Origin: Paraspadella gotoi
Lineage: Eukaryota > Animalia > Chaetognatha
Reading direction: 5' to 3'
NCBI GenBank assembly: GCA_051294375.1
Contig: CM119268.1
Location: 4,169,569 to 4,233,568 of the forward strand
DNA: 64,000 nt
Shown: positions 15,551 to 29,269 of the stretch, piece by piece
Position numbering within the stretch: the stretch's first letter is position 1
Layout of the letters: every line of letters begins with the position of its first letter
Program-made: the position numbers and the translations under genes
Notes under the pieces: generated by a model
What the model saw: the letters and a program-made list of their open reading frames with translations, nothing else
What the model was told of the DNA's origin: nothing
Database searches by the model: none

Positions 15551-18202
15551 GACGAGGCTGAGAACGCACAGCAGTGGAGGCAGCTTTAATATTGCTGCCA
15601 CAATCCTTCCATAAATAAAAAAAGCCATCCTCTCTTTTTCGTCGTCCTCATATTTTTCGGACTCAAGTTACTCATAGAGAGAAAAAAGTAATGTTTTCAC
15701 GTCGGCAACGTTAATGGATGATGAACCGTTAACGAGTTCACACCGACGGCGCTTGGCCATTCACGTGATCGCGGTGAAACGGACGATGACAATGACGTTG
15801 CAAGAGAGTACGNNNNNNNNNNNNNNNNNNNNNNNNNNNNNNNNNNNNNNNNNNNNNNNNNNNNNNNNNNNNNNNNNNNNNNNNNNNNNNNNNNNNNNNN
15901 NNNNNNNNNNNNNNNNNNNNNNNNNNNNNNNNNNNNNNNNNNNNNNNNNNNNNNNNNNNNNNNNNNNNNNNNNNNNNNNNNNNNNNNNNNNNNNNNNNNN
16001 NNNNNNNNNNNNNNNNNNNNNNNNNNNNNNNNNNNNNNNNNNNNNNNNNNNNNNNNNNNNNNNNNNNNNNNNNNNNNNNNNNNNNNNNNNNNNNNNNNNN
16101 NNNNNNNNNNNNNNNNNNNNNNNNNNNNNNNNNNNNNNNNNNNNNNNNNNNNNNNNNNNNNNNNNNNNNNNNNNNNNNNNNNNNNNNNNNNNNNNNNNNN
16201 NNNNNNNNNNNNNNNNNNNNNNNNNNNNNNNNNNNNNNNNNNNNNNNNNNNNNNNNNNNNNNNNNNNNNNNNNNNNNNNNNNNNNNNNNNNNNNNNNNNN
16301 NNNNNNNNNNNNNNNNNNNNNNNNNNNNNNNNNNNNNNNNNNNNNNNNNNNNNNNNNNNNNNNNNNNNNNNNNNNNNNNNNNNNNNNNNNNNNNNNNGAA
16401 AGAGAGAGAGAGTCCAGTAACCTTTTTCTCCTTCATTTTTTACCCCAAATTAAACAATAATAAACATCATAGAAACAATTTTCGAATTATTTTTGTTTTC
16501 CGAATTTGAAACTAAAAAATATAAGTTTATTCTTTTTATACCTTTATACGTAGCGTAAATCGAATATAAAATTTGATTTTTATCATGTAGTAAAAAGAAG
16601 AAGTACAATTTTTGCTCGACCGCAACTTTGAGCTAAAAAAATCGAACAAATTTTTAATATTTTTTTATCTTCAAATTCTTCTTAAAATATGAAAGTAAAA
16701 AAAAATATTCTTCATCATGAAAAAGAAGAAAAAAAAGGAAAGGAAAATAAAAAGGAGATTAGAAAGGATTCAAAGTAGAGAGAGAGGAAAGAAAGAGAAT
16801 ATAAGATATAAAAGTACCTGGAGGAAGAAGAAAAAGTGAGGAACGGAAGTAGAAAAACAAAGAAAAGTAGGAAAGTAGGAAAAGAAGGAAGGAAAGAGAA
16901 AATAAGAAAGAAGGAGAGAGAAAAGAAAAGAAGAGCAAGAGCTAGAAATAGTGAGGGAAAAAAGAGAGGAAAAATGTAAAGAAGGAAAAATTGATGAAAA
17001 GAAAACTGAAGTTGTGAATGAAAAAGAAAGGAAATGAAAACTAGTCTCTCTCTCTCTCTNNNNNNNNNNNNNNNNNNNNNNNNNNNNNNNNNNNNNNNNN
17101 NNNNNNNNNNNNNNNNNNNNNNNNNNNNNNNNNNNNNNNNNNNNNNNNNNNNNNNNNNNNNNNNNNNNNNNNNNNNNNNNNNNNNNNNNNNNNNNNNNNN
17201 NNNNNNNNNNNNNNNNNNNNNNNNNNNNNNNNNNNNNNNNNNNNNNNNNNNNNNNNNNNNNNNNNNNNNNNNNNNNNNNNNNNNNNNNNNNNNNNNNNNN
17301 NNNNNNNNNNNNNNNNNNNNNNNNNNNNNNNNNNNNNNNNNNNNNNNNNNNNNNNNNNNNNNNNNNNNNNNNNNNNNNNNNNNNNNNNNNNNNNNNNNNN
17401 NNNNNNNNNNNNNNNNNNNNNNNNNNNNNNNNNNNNNNNNNNNNNNNNNNNNNNNNNNNNNNNNNNNNNNNNNNNNNNNNNNNNNNNNNNNNNNNNNATT
17501 CTCGAGTGAGTCATCAACGCGGTCGATCGGTCAGCGACGTTGGAGTGATGATTTCTTTATGTACGGAAGTAACGGAAATATTATACTGAGATTCGTTACG
17601 CCGATGGCTTCAATTGCGGAAAACCATAAATCGAAGCTTAAAAAAAAATGTAGTATTATCAATAATAATATCAATAATATCATGGACGAAGTTGAATTTA
17701 TATATAAACCAACTGATATTACTTTTTTATAGACTTAAAGTTAAACGGTAGAATTTCTAATTTACGAACAAATTTTAAATCAGAGCGATGGTTTCGTTGA
17801 ATATTAAACGTTGAAAAGAAACGCTAGGGCGTGGTCAGTCACGTGAACCTTTACTCCGTCGAAGGTCGAGATTTCACTGTGAATTTCTGATTTGAAATTC
17901 TATCGTTGGGTTCAGCTGTTTGCTCTCTTTTTGGTGGTTAAATGAGGTGAAAGTGAAAGGCGTGTGGTTTGGGTAGGGGAAGAAGTGAGTGGTTGAGGTT
18001 AGTGGTTGAAAAGAGTGATTGAAGTTAGTGGTTGGCGTGAGTGGTATAGGTGAGTGGTTGAGGTGGGCGGTCACTGGGCGGGGTTGGATGGTTTGATCGT
18101 TGGCTTTGCTTGGACCTCAGCCGTTGTGAGAAAAACGAGCCTCGGTTTCTTGATGGGCAGTCTTTTTTTTATTTTCTTTCTTTGTCTCTTTTAATTTTTT
18201 CT

Positions 18203-18282
<80 letters not shown>

Positions 18283-18661
18283 TTTCCTCATTTTTGGCAA
18301 CCTCTCTCGCTTCTTCTCCGCAGAATCGAGCAAAAAAAAAAAAAAATGGAAATCCCAATTTCATTGCAAATCGCAATTCCATTGCCGCCAATTGACGACG
18401 GCTTAATATTTCACGGGATGAAGGGAAGAGTCGTCATCGGTCTCGGGACGACGTGATTGACGTCAAAATGACGTCATCCTCGTCCTTAACGACGTCATCC
18501 GCGGCGTCACGACCCCATTTCCTTTTAATTTATTATTGTTTATTAAAGACTTCGTATACCTTCGCCTCGACTGAGCGACGCGGTAATAAATCTCAACGCG
18601 GGTAAATACCCATTAACGCTTATGAATATGTATTTCGGTTCCGGAGGCGGTGGTTGTAGAG

Positions 18662-18706
<45 letters not shown>

Positions 18707-19070
18707 GGGAGAGAGAGAGAGAGGGAGAGAGAGAGAAAGAGAAAGAGAGCTATAAAGAATTATTTACTTAAAAAGTGTCTCGATCCAATCTAATCTTCTT
18801 TTTTAAATGTTTTATAATTTTTGTGCATTTGTTTTTATTATTTTTGTGTCTGAATTTTGAGTTTTCTTGCGATGACAGTCGATAATATATCAAAAACTAA
18901 TTACTTCAATATAATTTATAACAATTTTTACTGATTTTTCTAAAAATTTAATGAAAATATATAGTAAAAGAAGTAATTTTGTAATTTTTATACTGAAACA
19001 AAGACATTAAACTCCTGGTCTCCCCCTGTACACAACGACCGCGGATTTCGTCGCCAAATCCGGTTCTCAC

Positions 19071-19149
19071 TGTCGCGCTACGCTGCCCCCGTCGAGACGA
19101 GCGACCGAGCGTGACGCCTGATTTACGGAGGAGAAGAAGAATCGGGCGC
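19071..19149 (-). CDS. Candidate small exon (GARFFFSSVNQASRSVARLDGGSVAR), phase 1 to 2
   Basis: GC-rich island, TTTGTCAG acceptor, GTGAGA donor. Entry phase fits exon 25243-25370, but the exit phase needs an additional exon I could not confirm. Confidence 0.35.
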
Positions 19150-20592
19150 CTGACAAATGGCGAGGGTCAGCGTAGCGTGGGGCGGCGTGGTTTGGCGTGG
19201 GTCGGCGTTGCGAGGTCTTGTTTGGCGTGACTTTGCGAATTGGCCGTGTCTTGGCATGGTTTCGAGTGGCGTAAGGAGAACATCTATTTTGTCCATAGTC
19301 TAATTAAAAAGATTTTCAAACATTCATTCATTCATTCATAAATAAATTAAGGACTGAAAAGTTCAGTTAAACCCACAATTCCTCAACGTAATCTGTCAAC
19401 GAATCAAATCAGTTTCGTCAAATTTATTTGATCTCAAATCAAAAATGAATCAGTTGAACTCGAAGTTTCTCGATGTCTCGAGTCTTAGATTAATATTAAA
19501 TTAATATTTCTTGTCTCGAGTCTTAGATTAATGAGAAGAATTAATTCTCACTGAGAATTTCAGTAGTGAAACCCTATATCGATTCGCCTGATGAGACGCG
19601 ATGATGATTTCTCGTTTTGTCGCGAGACAGAAGANNNNNNNNNNNNNNNNNNNNNNNNNNNNNNNNNNNNNNNNNNNNNNNNNNNNNNNNNNNNNNNNNN
19701 NNNNNNNNNNNNNNNNNNNNNNNNNNNNNNNNNNNNNNNNNNNNNNNNNNNNNNNNNNNNNNNNNNNNNNNNNNNNNNNNNNNNNNNNNNNNNNNNNNNN
19801 NNNNNNNNNNNNNNNNNNNNNNNNNNNNNNNNNNNNNNNNNNNNNNNNNNNNNNNNNNNNNNNNNNNNNNNNNNNNNNNNNNNNNNNNNNNNNNNNNNNN
19901 NNNNNNNNNNNNNNNNNNNNNNNNNNNNNNNNNNNNNNNNNNNNNNNNNNNNNNNNNNNNNNNNNNNNNNNNNNNNNNNNNNNNNNNNNNNNNNNNNNNN
20001 NNNNNNNNNNNNNNNNNNNNNNNNNNNNNNNNNNNNNNNNNNNNNNNNNNNNNNNNNNNNNNNNNNNNNNNNNNNNNNNNNNNNNNNNNNNNNNNNNNNN
20101 NNNNNNNNNNNNNNNNNNNNNNNNNNNNNNNNNNNNNNNNNNNNNNNNNNNNNNNNNNNNNNNNNNNNNNNNNNNNNNNNNNNNNNNNNNNNNNNNNNNN
20201 NNNNNNNNNNNNNNNNNNNNNNNNNNNNNNNNNNNNNNNNNNNNNNNNNNNNNNNNNNNNNNNNNNNNNNNNNNNNNNNNNNNNNNNNNNNNNNNNNNNN
20301 NNNNNNNNNNNNNNNNNNNNNNNNNNNNNNNNNNNNNNNNNNNNNNNNNNNNNNNNNNNNNNNNNNNNNNNNNNNNNNNNNNNNNNNNNNNNNNNNNNNN
20401 NNNNNNNNNNNNNNNNNNNNNNNNNNNNNNNNNNNNNNNNNNNNNNNNNNNNNNNNNNNNNNNNNNNNNNNNNNNNNNNNNNNNNNNNNNNNNNNNNNNN
20501 NNNNNNNNNNNNNNNNNNNNNNNNNNNNNNNNNNNNNNNNNNNNNNNNNNNNNNNNNNNNNNNNNNNNNNNNNNNNAGAGAGAGAGAGAGAG

Positions 20593-20626
<34 letters not shown>

Positions 20627-20628
20627 AA

Positions 20629-20660
<32 letters not shown>

Positions 20661-20790
20661 TTATGGAAAGGATATTTCCCCCGCCCCTTTCCCGGCGGGG
20701 ATTGCAATGCCATTCCAAGCCATATTTTCCTTAGTACGTCACCATAATCGTCGAAATGAAATACGGAAAGTGAGCGAGAGAGAGAAGAAG

Positions 20791-20853
<63 letters not shown>

Positions 20854-20917
20854 AAAGAAGAGAGAGCGAGAGAGAGAAAGAAAGAAAAAGAGAGCAGGAG
20901 AGAGAAGAGAGAAGAGG

Positions 20918-20964
<47 letters not shown>

Positions 20965-23426
20965 TCTTAATTCCCCCTCATATCATGAGTCATAACCTGT
21001 CAATTACGACCCGTGAAACGATCGTCATGGAGAAAAAAATTCAGTGTCCAAAAAGTATGTAATATTTGCTTTTATGTATAAATTTAGGTTTGCATAACCA
21101 AGAATATCTCAGATTTTTCTAAAAAAAGGTAACTTACCCTAACATGAAATCGAATGTCATAAAAATGTTTGTTTTTTATAATGAAGTTGGCAGATTAATT
21201 TTTTATCTCTCGTCCTGCGCGAGGAGGATATTGCTACGTAATTGAGAGAAGCATCGAAGCTCGGAACAACATCAACAAAAACACATCGAGAGTTGGAGAT
21301 GACTACTCGTCGCGTAATAACGAGAACGATGGTGAGGATGATGGAGGAAAGGGAGGAAAGGGAGGAAAGGAAAAAAGGAGGAAAGGAAGAAAAAAAGGAA
21401 ACTAAAAAGAGAGGAAGGAGTAAGGAACGAAAGTATGGAGGAAAGAAAAATGGCGGAGAAAAAAGTGAGAAAAGAGAAAGGAAGGAAAGAGGAGATAAGA
21501 AAAGCATAGGAAAGATACAATTAAAAAAGAAAAGAAAATATGTATTTAAATTTTGAGGCTGAAAAAGGGGAGAATGAAAAAGGGAAGGAAAAATTGAGAA
21601 AATAAAAAAGGAGGAAAGAAAGAAAGAGGTGAGAGAGAAGGATGGAAAGAAAAGGAAAAGTAGAAAAAGGAATAAAATATAAAAGGAGGAAAGAAAGAAA
21701 GAGGTAAGCGTGAGGATGAAAAGAAAAATGAAGACAAGAAAAAAAGAGGAAAGAAAAAGCAAAAACCAAAAATCGTAAACGAGGCAGAAAAAGAAGAGGG
21801 AAAGAGAGTAAAAGACAGAAGAGATAATTTGACAGGAGATGAGGGAAAAGTTGGAATTTCCTCATGACGGAAGGAGGATGAAAAGGAATGAGGAAGAAAG
21901 TATAAAATCGAGAAATTAATCAATATTATTAGTTGCGGGAAGTAAATAATAGTTAAAGGCAAGTTATGAAGTGTTTAAAAAAGAAATTAGTAAATGGAAA
22001 AAAAATTTAGGCTTATGATAGAAAACTAAAACAGTTGGGCCCTAGTGTAAAATGAAATGAAAACAAAGAATTATTTAATATCATACCAAATTAAGCTTCA
22101 AGTAAATCGGACCAATGTTAAGGGGAAAACGATTTTATACGATATCTTGCACAACGTCTCAGGGATAAAAGTGAGATGTGAGAGTCGGTGAAGTTTGTGA
22201 GAAAAAGAAAAGGAAGAAGTGAAAGCAAAAACAGTTTTCCCTTTCATGAGTTCATCTTTCATCAAAAACACAAATATTTCAAAAACAAAAAAATGTCTGG
22301 AAAGAAAAACATTTTCTTCTGCTTTAATTACTCTCATTAAAAAACATGTTTATCATTTCGTCTGAGTCGAAAGATTTAAGTCGAGCGGAAATAAACAGCT
22401 AAATGAAATAAAAACAAAAGTAAAAAAAAAAGGAAAGAAAAAACAAAAACAAAAAAGAGACGAAAGGAACTCGTTATATCAAGAAGTACATACGGACAAG
22501 CAGACGGACTAACAGACGGACAAACCGTTGATGTAAAAAGGACAATCGCTTCAAGTGACGAAAAATATTGAAGAAACAAACCGAGGTTCACGCACCGCAA
22601 GAGGAGAGAAAGATTTGGAAACAAAAAATCAATTAAAACATTCTTTAAAACATTATACCACTTCATAAGGAAACCAGGTACTCTGGGAGTAAATAAACTG
22701 CTAGAGAGATTCTTGATTGAAAGCTTGCAGGGTCAAATCTGGTTTTAAAATTTTAAAATTTTTATTTTTTTACTTTAGCTTATTTTTTATTATTATTTAT
22801 TAATAAATATAGCTAACAAACTATTAATAGAATATAAAATTTGTAAATAAACTTACCAAAATATTTATATGGGTCTTTATTTTCATATTATGTAAGTTAA
22901 ATATGGCTTTTATAAAATCTTAATAATTTGAGTTTCTTATACACTACAATGTTTGCTCCTTTTTAATAGCACCTTATATGCTGCCATTTCCGACAAAGAA
23001 GATGAGACTATACAAAAAAATGGTTATCATCATCGAATTCTACAGACTTTATTACACTAAAATAGCTACGTACCTCACTTGATTTGTTATATTTCGTTAT
23101 TTTTCAACGCCCTAAGGGTCATGCGATGTTATTGTCTTGTAAGACTGATGAAGGCCTGAACCCATCATCGCCTGTTCAAAGTCAGGGACAGGATAGCTTA
23201 TTTATGAAATGAATGAAAAATGTTTATATTCGTTGTATCAATTTCATAATCGGTAAAGAAACAACGATAACGACGACGACAACGACGACGAAAACAGCGA
23301 CAAAGACGACGACGTTTTTCCTCCATAAAAGCATCACTGGATGCTTTAACGGATGGAGCAAAAAATGTGAAATGGCGAAATGGTCAAACGGTTGACCTCA
23401 ACCTGAATCTCTCTTTGAAGGACGAG

Positions 23427-23478
<52 letters not shown>

Positions 23479-23524
23479 AAAGAAAGTAGAACGAAAAACA
23501 AACTAGATTCTCTCTTAACAACTC

Positions 23525-23965
23525 TTCACCTTTCTTTTCTTTCCTCCTTTCCTTTCCTTTCCCTTACCTTCTCTTTCCTACTCTTACCTCCCTTTAGTCC
23601 TCTTTTATCCTACTTTCCTTTTCCTTACCTTCTCTTTCCTACCCTTACCTCCCTTTCAGCCTCCTTTTCTTTCCTCCTTTCCTTGCCCTTACCTTTTCTT
23701 TCCTACCTTACCTCCCTTTAGCCCTCTTTTTTCCTCCTTTCCTTTTTCTTACCTTCTCTTTCCTACCCTTACCTCCCTTTTAGTCTTCTTTTCTTTCCTC
23801 CTTTCCTTGCCCTTACCTTCTCTTTCCTACCTTACCTCCCTTTAGCCCTCTTTTTTCCTCCTTTCCTTTTCCTTAACTTCTCTTTCCTACCCTTACCGCC
23901 CTTTCAGCCTTCTTTTTCCTCCTTTCCTTTCCCTTACCTTTTCCTTCCTTCCCTTAACCTCCCTT
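23525..23965. repeat. Pyrimidine-rich ~58-60-bp minisatellite
   Basis: About 7 copies of CCTTACCTTCTCTTTCCTACCCTTACCTCCCTTTAGCC... Confidence 0.9.
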
Positions 23966-25070
23966 TCCCTCAAAATCTCCCCCGAGATTATTTCGTCGCG
24001 ATTTTGGGCAAAAAGAAAAAGTGAGGCAGACAACAGATGGCGATTCTTGGTCCGAGATAATCAAATGAAAGAACATAAAAAAAACAAAGATATAAACAAA
24101 AGAAAGAAAAAGAAAAAAAAGAAAAACCTTTAAAAATCTTATAGAAATTATCAATGTTCTTTGCGAATTTAATGTGGATCTCTTTAGGTATTTAGAAGAG
24201 TAACTTGTGATATTGAATTCTTAAATATCATTTACAAATTAGATTATTTCTTATGTATCTTTTGCCTTGTTTTTCTTAGATGTTTTGTTTCACTATTTTA
24301 TATAAATTTTTAATAAAGTTTAATTATGATTTAATTTTCTAAATAATGTTTAGAGTATTGTAGCGTAAAAAATGAAATTATTTTTCTTGTTCTGAATGAC
24401 TGTTTCATGTTTGATCTCAGATAAAATTCGTTGGAGACCAATGAGCCGAGGCGACTGGCGATGTGAATTGCGATGTATTACTATTATTAGATATTTTCAA
24501 ACTACGTAATATTCCAAAGTTAACGTAAAGTCAATATTAAAAGACATTGCGTCAAAGATACGAGTAACTAATGACAATNNNNNNNNNNNNNNNNNNNNNN
24601 NNNNNNNNNNNNNNNNNNNNNNNNNNNNNNNNNNNNNNNNNNNNNNNNNNNNNNNNNNNNNNNNNNNNNNNNNNNNNNNNNNNNNNNNNNNNNNNNNNNN
24701 NNNNNNNNNNNNNNNNNNNNNNNNNNNNNNNNNNNNNNNNNNNNNNNNNNNNNNNNNNNNNNNNNNNNNNNNNGAGAAAAAACGGAAGAAAACAAAAGAC
24801 GTGGATGATAAACAAAAGAAAACAAAGAAATGGAGGAAACGTTTTGGTTCGATGGTTGACGACGACCGATTTTTTTTTAAGTCCGAGGGTGTCAGGACCT
24901 TTTTCATTAATTTTAATTTAAAAAAAAGTATTAGTTAAAATTAGTCATTTTAGTTAGTCAAATTAGTCAGGTTTACTTATTCGTCCTTAACGTCGCAAGG
25001 ATATCTTTGAGTACATCACAAATCACAAAATATAACCAAATACTAGTAGTAATACTAATAGTAGTAACGG

Positions 25071-25118
25071 TTCTCCGGGAATCGAACTGCGGACTCTCGC
25101 GTGACAGGCGAGGATACT
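25071..25118 (-). pseudogene. tRNA-Asp(GTC) fragment / tRNA-derived relic
   Basis: Minus strand AGTATCCTCGCCTGTCACGCGAGAGTCCGCAGTTCGATTCCCGGAGAA matches the anticodon arm (CTGTCAC loop) and T-loop (GTTCGATTC) of metazoan tRNA-Asp. The 5' acceptor strand and most of the D arm are missing. Confidence 0.75.
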
Positions 25119-25242
25119 TGTTCATTCTTTTCTTACATTAATTTTAGGTAGTGTCCAAGAAATTTTTAGTTTTAAACTAGAACTTGCCAATCAATTCCAA
25201 CTGATCACCACTAAGTCCAACTGGTCAAAATAAAATCCTCAC

Positions 25243-25370
25243 CTTGCTGCGCGGAATGCTCGGGTGGGGCCGGGTTAAAAGCGGTGGAGCCGCTCCTGCT
25301 GGGGCCGCCTCCGCTGCCGCCGCCGCCGACCAGCGGCTGAGTGGACGCGGAAGTGGGGATGTTTTTTCCG
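25243..25370 (-). CDS. Exon, juxtamembrane cytoplasmic segment (GKNIPTSASTQPLVGGGGSGGGPSRSGSTAFNPAPPEHSAQQ)
   Basis: CCTTCCAG acceptor (phase 2) and AAG|GTGAGG donor (phase 1); 128 nt. Joins in frame to TM exon 27017-27317. Confidence 0.8.
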
Positions 25371-25706
25371 CTGGAAGGTAAGGCAAGGAAAGGGGAAAAT
25401 TAAGGAGGGAGTACTAAGAGGAAAAATTATAATAATAATGGAAAACAGAAAAAACATAAAATAAGTAAGCGATTTTTAATTAAATGAATGTAAAGATGAT
25501 TTTATAAATTTAGGAATTAAGATTCAACGAAATGAAATAGAAAATAAAATAGAAATAAAAATAAATGAAGAAAAATGAAGAGAAATGAAATGAAACGAGA
25601 GAGAAAAAACGGAAATGAAGAAAATGAAAAGAGAAAAAAAACGAGAAAAGAAGACAAAAAATCGATAACTAATCAGAGGAGACACTAAGAGAGAGAGAGA
25701 AAAAAG

Positions 25707-25765
<59 letters not shown>

Positions 25766-25828
25766 GAGAGAGGAGAGGAGAGAGAGAGAGAGAGAGGAGA
25801 GNNNNNNNNNNNNNNNNNNNNNNNNNGC

Positions 25829-25945
<117 letters not shown>

Positions 25946-26206
25946 CCCTCAGTTGCAACTTGGTCATTTCGGTTTCTCGTATTTTTCTTCTCTCAGTTTT
26001 CACCCAGTAGAACTTGACCCTCAGTTCTATTTTATTTTCTTTTTTCCTTCTTGTTTTCTTCTTGTTTTTCTTTTCGTTTTCCTTTTGGTTTTTATCTTTG
26101 CCTTCTCCTCCCTCATCTTCTCGTTTCGCGTCTCCTCACCCGTTTCCAACTCCCCAAACCTCGCCCAGAACCTCACCCTCTCACCTCGCTCCCCCTCGCC
26201 CCTCAC

Positions 26207-26508
26207 CCGTGCTGCTGATTCCGCGTCATCCAAAACCGCGATGATCAACGCCAACAAAATGGCGAACGCCACGGGGATCAAGATGGCGACGATGAGACCG
26301 AGATGACCGCCGCCTCCGCCTCCGCCGCCGCCGCCGGAGGTGACGTGCCAACCGGCGCTGCTGCTGCCGCCTCCGCCGCCGCCGTCGCCGCTTCCGCCGC
26401 CGCCGAGCGCCCGCGGGAATTTGAGGGAAATGTTTTTGGAAGTTCGACCGACGGCGTCGACGCCGGCGGCGCGGAGCACGAGAAAGGAATCGGAGGTGGC
26501 GGTGAAGC
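26207..26508 (-). pseudogene. Second copy of the TM exon with a 1-nt insertion (frameshift at the end of the TM helix)
   Basis: 302 nt versus 301 nt. ATCATCGCGGTTTT instead of ATCATCGGGTTTT changes IIGFWMTRNQQHG to IIAVLDDAESAAR and breaks phase with the next exon. Confidence 0.6.
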
Positions 26509-27016
26509 CTTTGGGCGGGGTGGCGGGGTGGCGGGGGAGGGAAGGTGGGAAAAAGGAGGGAAGTAGAGAGAGAAGGAGAAAAGGAAGAGAAGGGGAAGTA
26601 GAGAGAGAAGGAGAAAGGAAGGAGAGGGGAGAAAGGGAGAAGAAGAGGAAAGGAGGGAGAATAGGAAGAGGAAGTTGGAGATAATGGAGGAAAGAAAAGG
26701 AGACAGAGTGGGGTGGAGAAATTGGGGATTTGGAGATATCTCTAGAGAGAGAGCCCTCAGTTGCAACTTGGTCATTTCGGTTTCTCGTATTTTTTCTTCT
26801 CTCAGTTTTCACCCAGTAGAACTTGACCCTCAGTTCTATTTTATTTTCTTTTTTTCCTTCTTGTTTTCTTCTTGTTTTTCTTTTCGTTTTCCTTTTGGTT
26901 TTTATCTTTGCCTTCTCCTCCCTCATCTTCTCGTTTCGCGCTCCTCACCCGTTTCCAAACTCCCCAAACCTCGCCCAGAACCTCACCCTCTCACCTCGCT
27001 CCCCCTCGCCCCTCAC

Positions 27017-27317
27017 CCGTGCTGCTGATTCCGCGTCATCCAAAACCCGATGATCAACGCCAACAAAATGGCGAACGCCACGGGGATCAAGATGGCGACG
27101 ATGAGACCGAGATGACCGCCGCCTCCGCCTCCGCCGCCGCCGCCGGAGGTGACGTGCCAACCGGCGCTGCTGCTGCCGCCTCCGCCGCCGCCGTCGCCGC
27201 TTCCGCCGCCGCCGAGCGCCCGCGGGAATTTGAGGGAAATGTTTTTGGAAGTTCGACCGACGGCGTCGACGCCGGCGGCGCGGAGCACGAGAAAGGAATC
27301 GGAGGTGGCGGTGAAGC
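27017..27317 (-). CDS. Exon encoding the end of the last Ig-like domain, a poly-Gly stalk and the TM helix (LGLIVAILIPVAFAILLALIIGFWM)
   Basis: AAG acceptor phase 1, GG|GTGAGG donor phase 2, both matching neighbouring exons; 25-residue hydrophobic run. Confidence 0.85.
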
Positions 27318-27775
27318 CTTTGGGCGGGGTGGCGGGGTGGCGGGGAGGGAAGGTGGGAAAAAGGAGGGGAAGTAGAGAGAGAAGGAGAAAAGGAAGAAGA
27401 AGGGGAAGTAGAGAGAGAAGGAGAAAAGGAAGGAGAGGGGAGAAAGGGAGGAAGAAGAGGAAAGGAGGGGAGAATAGGAAGAGGAAGTTGGAGATAATGG
27501 AGGAAAGAAAAGGGAGACAGAGTGGGTGGAGAAATTGGGGATTTGGGAGATATCTCTAGATAAGGTTTAAGATTTTAGATGAGAATTCCTCTTTCTTTTT
27601 ATTATTTTATTTTTTTAATCCTCTTTTATACGTAAGTTTTTATGTCCTTCTTTTTTTCTCTCTTTTCCTTTTTATTTTTTTCCTTATTCATATTTTTGGG
27701 TGTTTTTTATTTCTTTTCTTTCTTTCTTTCTTTCTTTCTTCTTTTCTTCTTTCTTCTTTCCTTTCTTTCTTTCTC

Positions 27776-27807
<32 letters not shown>

Positions 27808-27913
27808 TTCTTTCTTTCTTTCTTTCTTTCTTTCTTCGTTCTTCTTCTTTCTTCTTTCTTTCTTTTCCTCTCCTTTTTTTTCTTTCCTCCACAACACTTC
27901 TCCCCCCTCTCAC

Positions 27914-28199
27914 CCTGCATCGCCGGGGTCCTCAGCACGGTAAGCCCGACCCTGACCCCGTGCGGGATGGGCACGATCTCCTTGGAGGTGACCTTAAGCC
28001 CGTTCCGGTCGAAGTTGTCCGAGAATTCCAAGGTCACGTTGTTATTGTGGACGCGAGGGTTGGAGATCACGTCGCAGGAGACGTTGTACTTGGAGAAGAC
28101 GTCCAGGAGGAGGAGTTCGTAGGGGCGACACTGGATGCGGACGCTGAAGACGACTTCCAAGGTGAGGTTCTTGGCGAGGATCACGTGTTCAGAGATGAC
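27914..28199 (-). CDS. Exon, Ig-like domain (VISEHVILAKNLTLEVVFSVRIQCRPY...YNVSCDVISNPRVHNNNVTLEF...LTVLRTPAMQ)
   Basis: Open GC3-rich frame, phase 0 to 1, CAGG|GTGAGA donor; L-x-V-x-F domain boundary, C-x-V-x-SNP motif, several N-x-S/T sequons. Confidence 0.85.
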
Positions 28200-28834
28200 C
28201 TTTTTTTGAGAGGGGGGAGAGGGGGGGGCGAAGAAGGGGAGGAGGAGGGGAAAGTGGAGAGAGGGTAGATGGAAGAAGGGAAAGCGGAAGGGAGGAGGAA
28301 GGGAGGAAGAAAAAGGAAAGAAGAGAAAAAGGAGGAGAGAGAAGGAACAGGAAGATAAGAGGAAAGGAGGAAGGACAGAGAGGAAAAAAAGGAAAGTAAG
28401 GAAAAAAGAAAAGGAAGCGATGAAGAAGGAAAGGGAAAGGGAGAAAAGAAAGAAAGAGAAAAAGGAGGAATGGAAAGGAACAGAAGATAAAAGGAAATAG
28501 GGAAGGACAATGAGAAAAAGATGGAAAGTAAGGAAAAAGAAAGGAAAGGGAAAAGAAGAAAAGAAGAGTGAGAGAGAAAAAGTAGTAGGTAGAAATAAAG
28601 TGGAAGAAAACGAAGGGAGGAAAGGAAAGTAGAAAAAAAGAAAACAGCGAGGAAAGATGGAAGAAAAGAAATGAAAGGAGGAAGCGAAAAAAAAGGGAAA
28701 TGAGATGAGCGACTAAGAATATTATTTGAATAAAAGCAAAAATGCAAAATTATCACATATAAATGGAGATTCGTTAAATCTTGACGGATCATTTCGAAAA
28801 TCCTTCGTCACGAAACTCAAGCTGTGATTCTCAC

Positions 28835-28939
28835 CTTTAGAGAAACGTTGAGCGTCGCCTTGGTAACGGAAAACATCGACTTGCGAAAGGCGTGACTCAC
28901 TTTGATGCCATTCACGCCCATGCGATAGGAGTCGGAGCT
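28835..28939 (-). CDS. Exon of Ig-like protein (SSDSYRMGVNGIKVSHAFRKSMFSVTKATLNVSLK)
   Basis: CAG acceptor, AAG|GTGAGA donor, 105 nt, phase 0 to 0; in frame with the next exon. Confidence 0.75.
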
Positions 28940-28976
28940 CTGCTGGGCCACGATGCGTGGTGGGGGAGATTGGATT

Positions 28977-29029
<53 letters not shown>

Positions 29030-29269
29030 AAGAGGAGCAGAGCAGAGAGAGAGAGAGAGAATCACTAACCCCAACCGCGAATCCAGAGTTTTCACCACAT
29101 TCGCTCTTCAAATCTCCCGTAGAGAATTTTTTTATCCCGACTTTTTTTTTCTCTCCTCAACGAAAAAAGAAAAGAAAAAAAGAAAAAAAAAGACAAAAAG
29201 GAAAAGAGAGGAAAAAAAAGGGGGAAAAAAAAAGGGATTTGCATTTCCATTTTCGTCTTTCGGTTCCAC

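Noticed and set aside
15714-20970. ORFs of 158-459 aa containing X runs (also 24.5, 54.9, 57.7 kb)
   Set aside because: They simply read through assembly N gaps.
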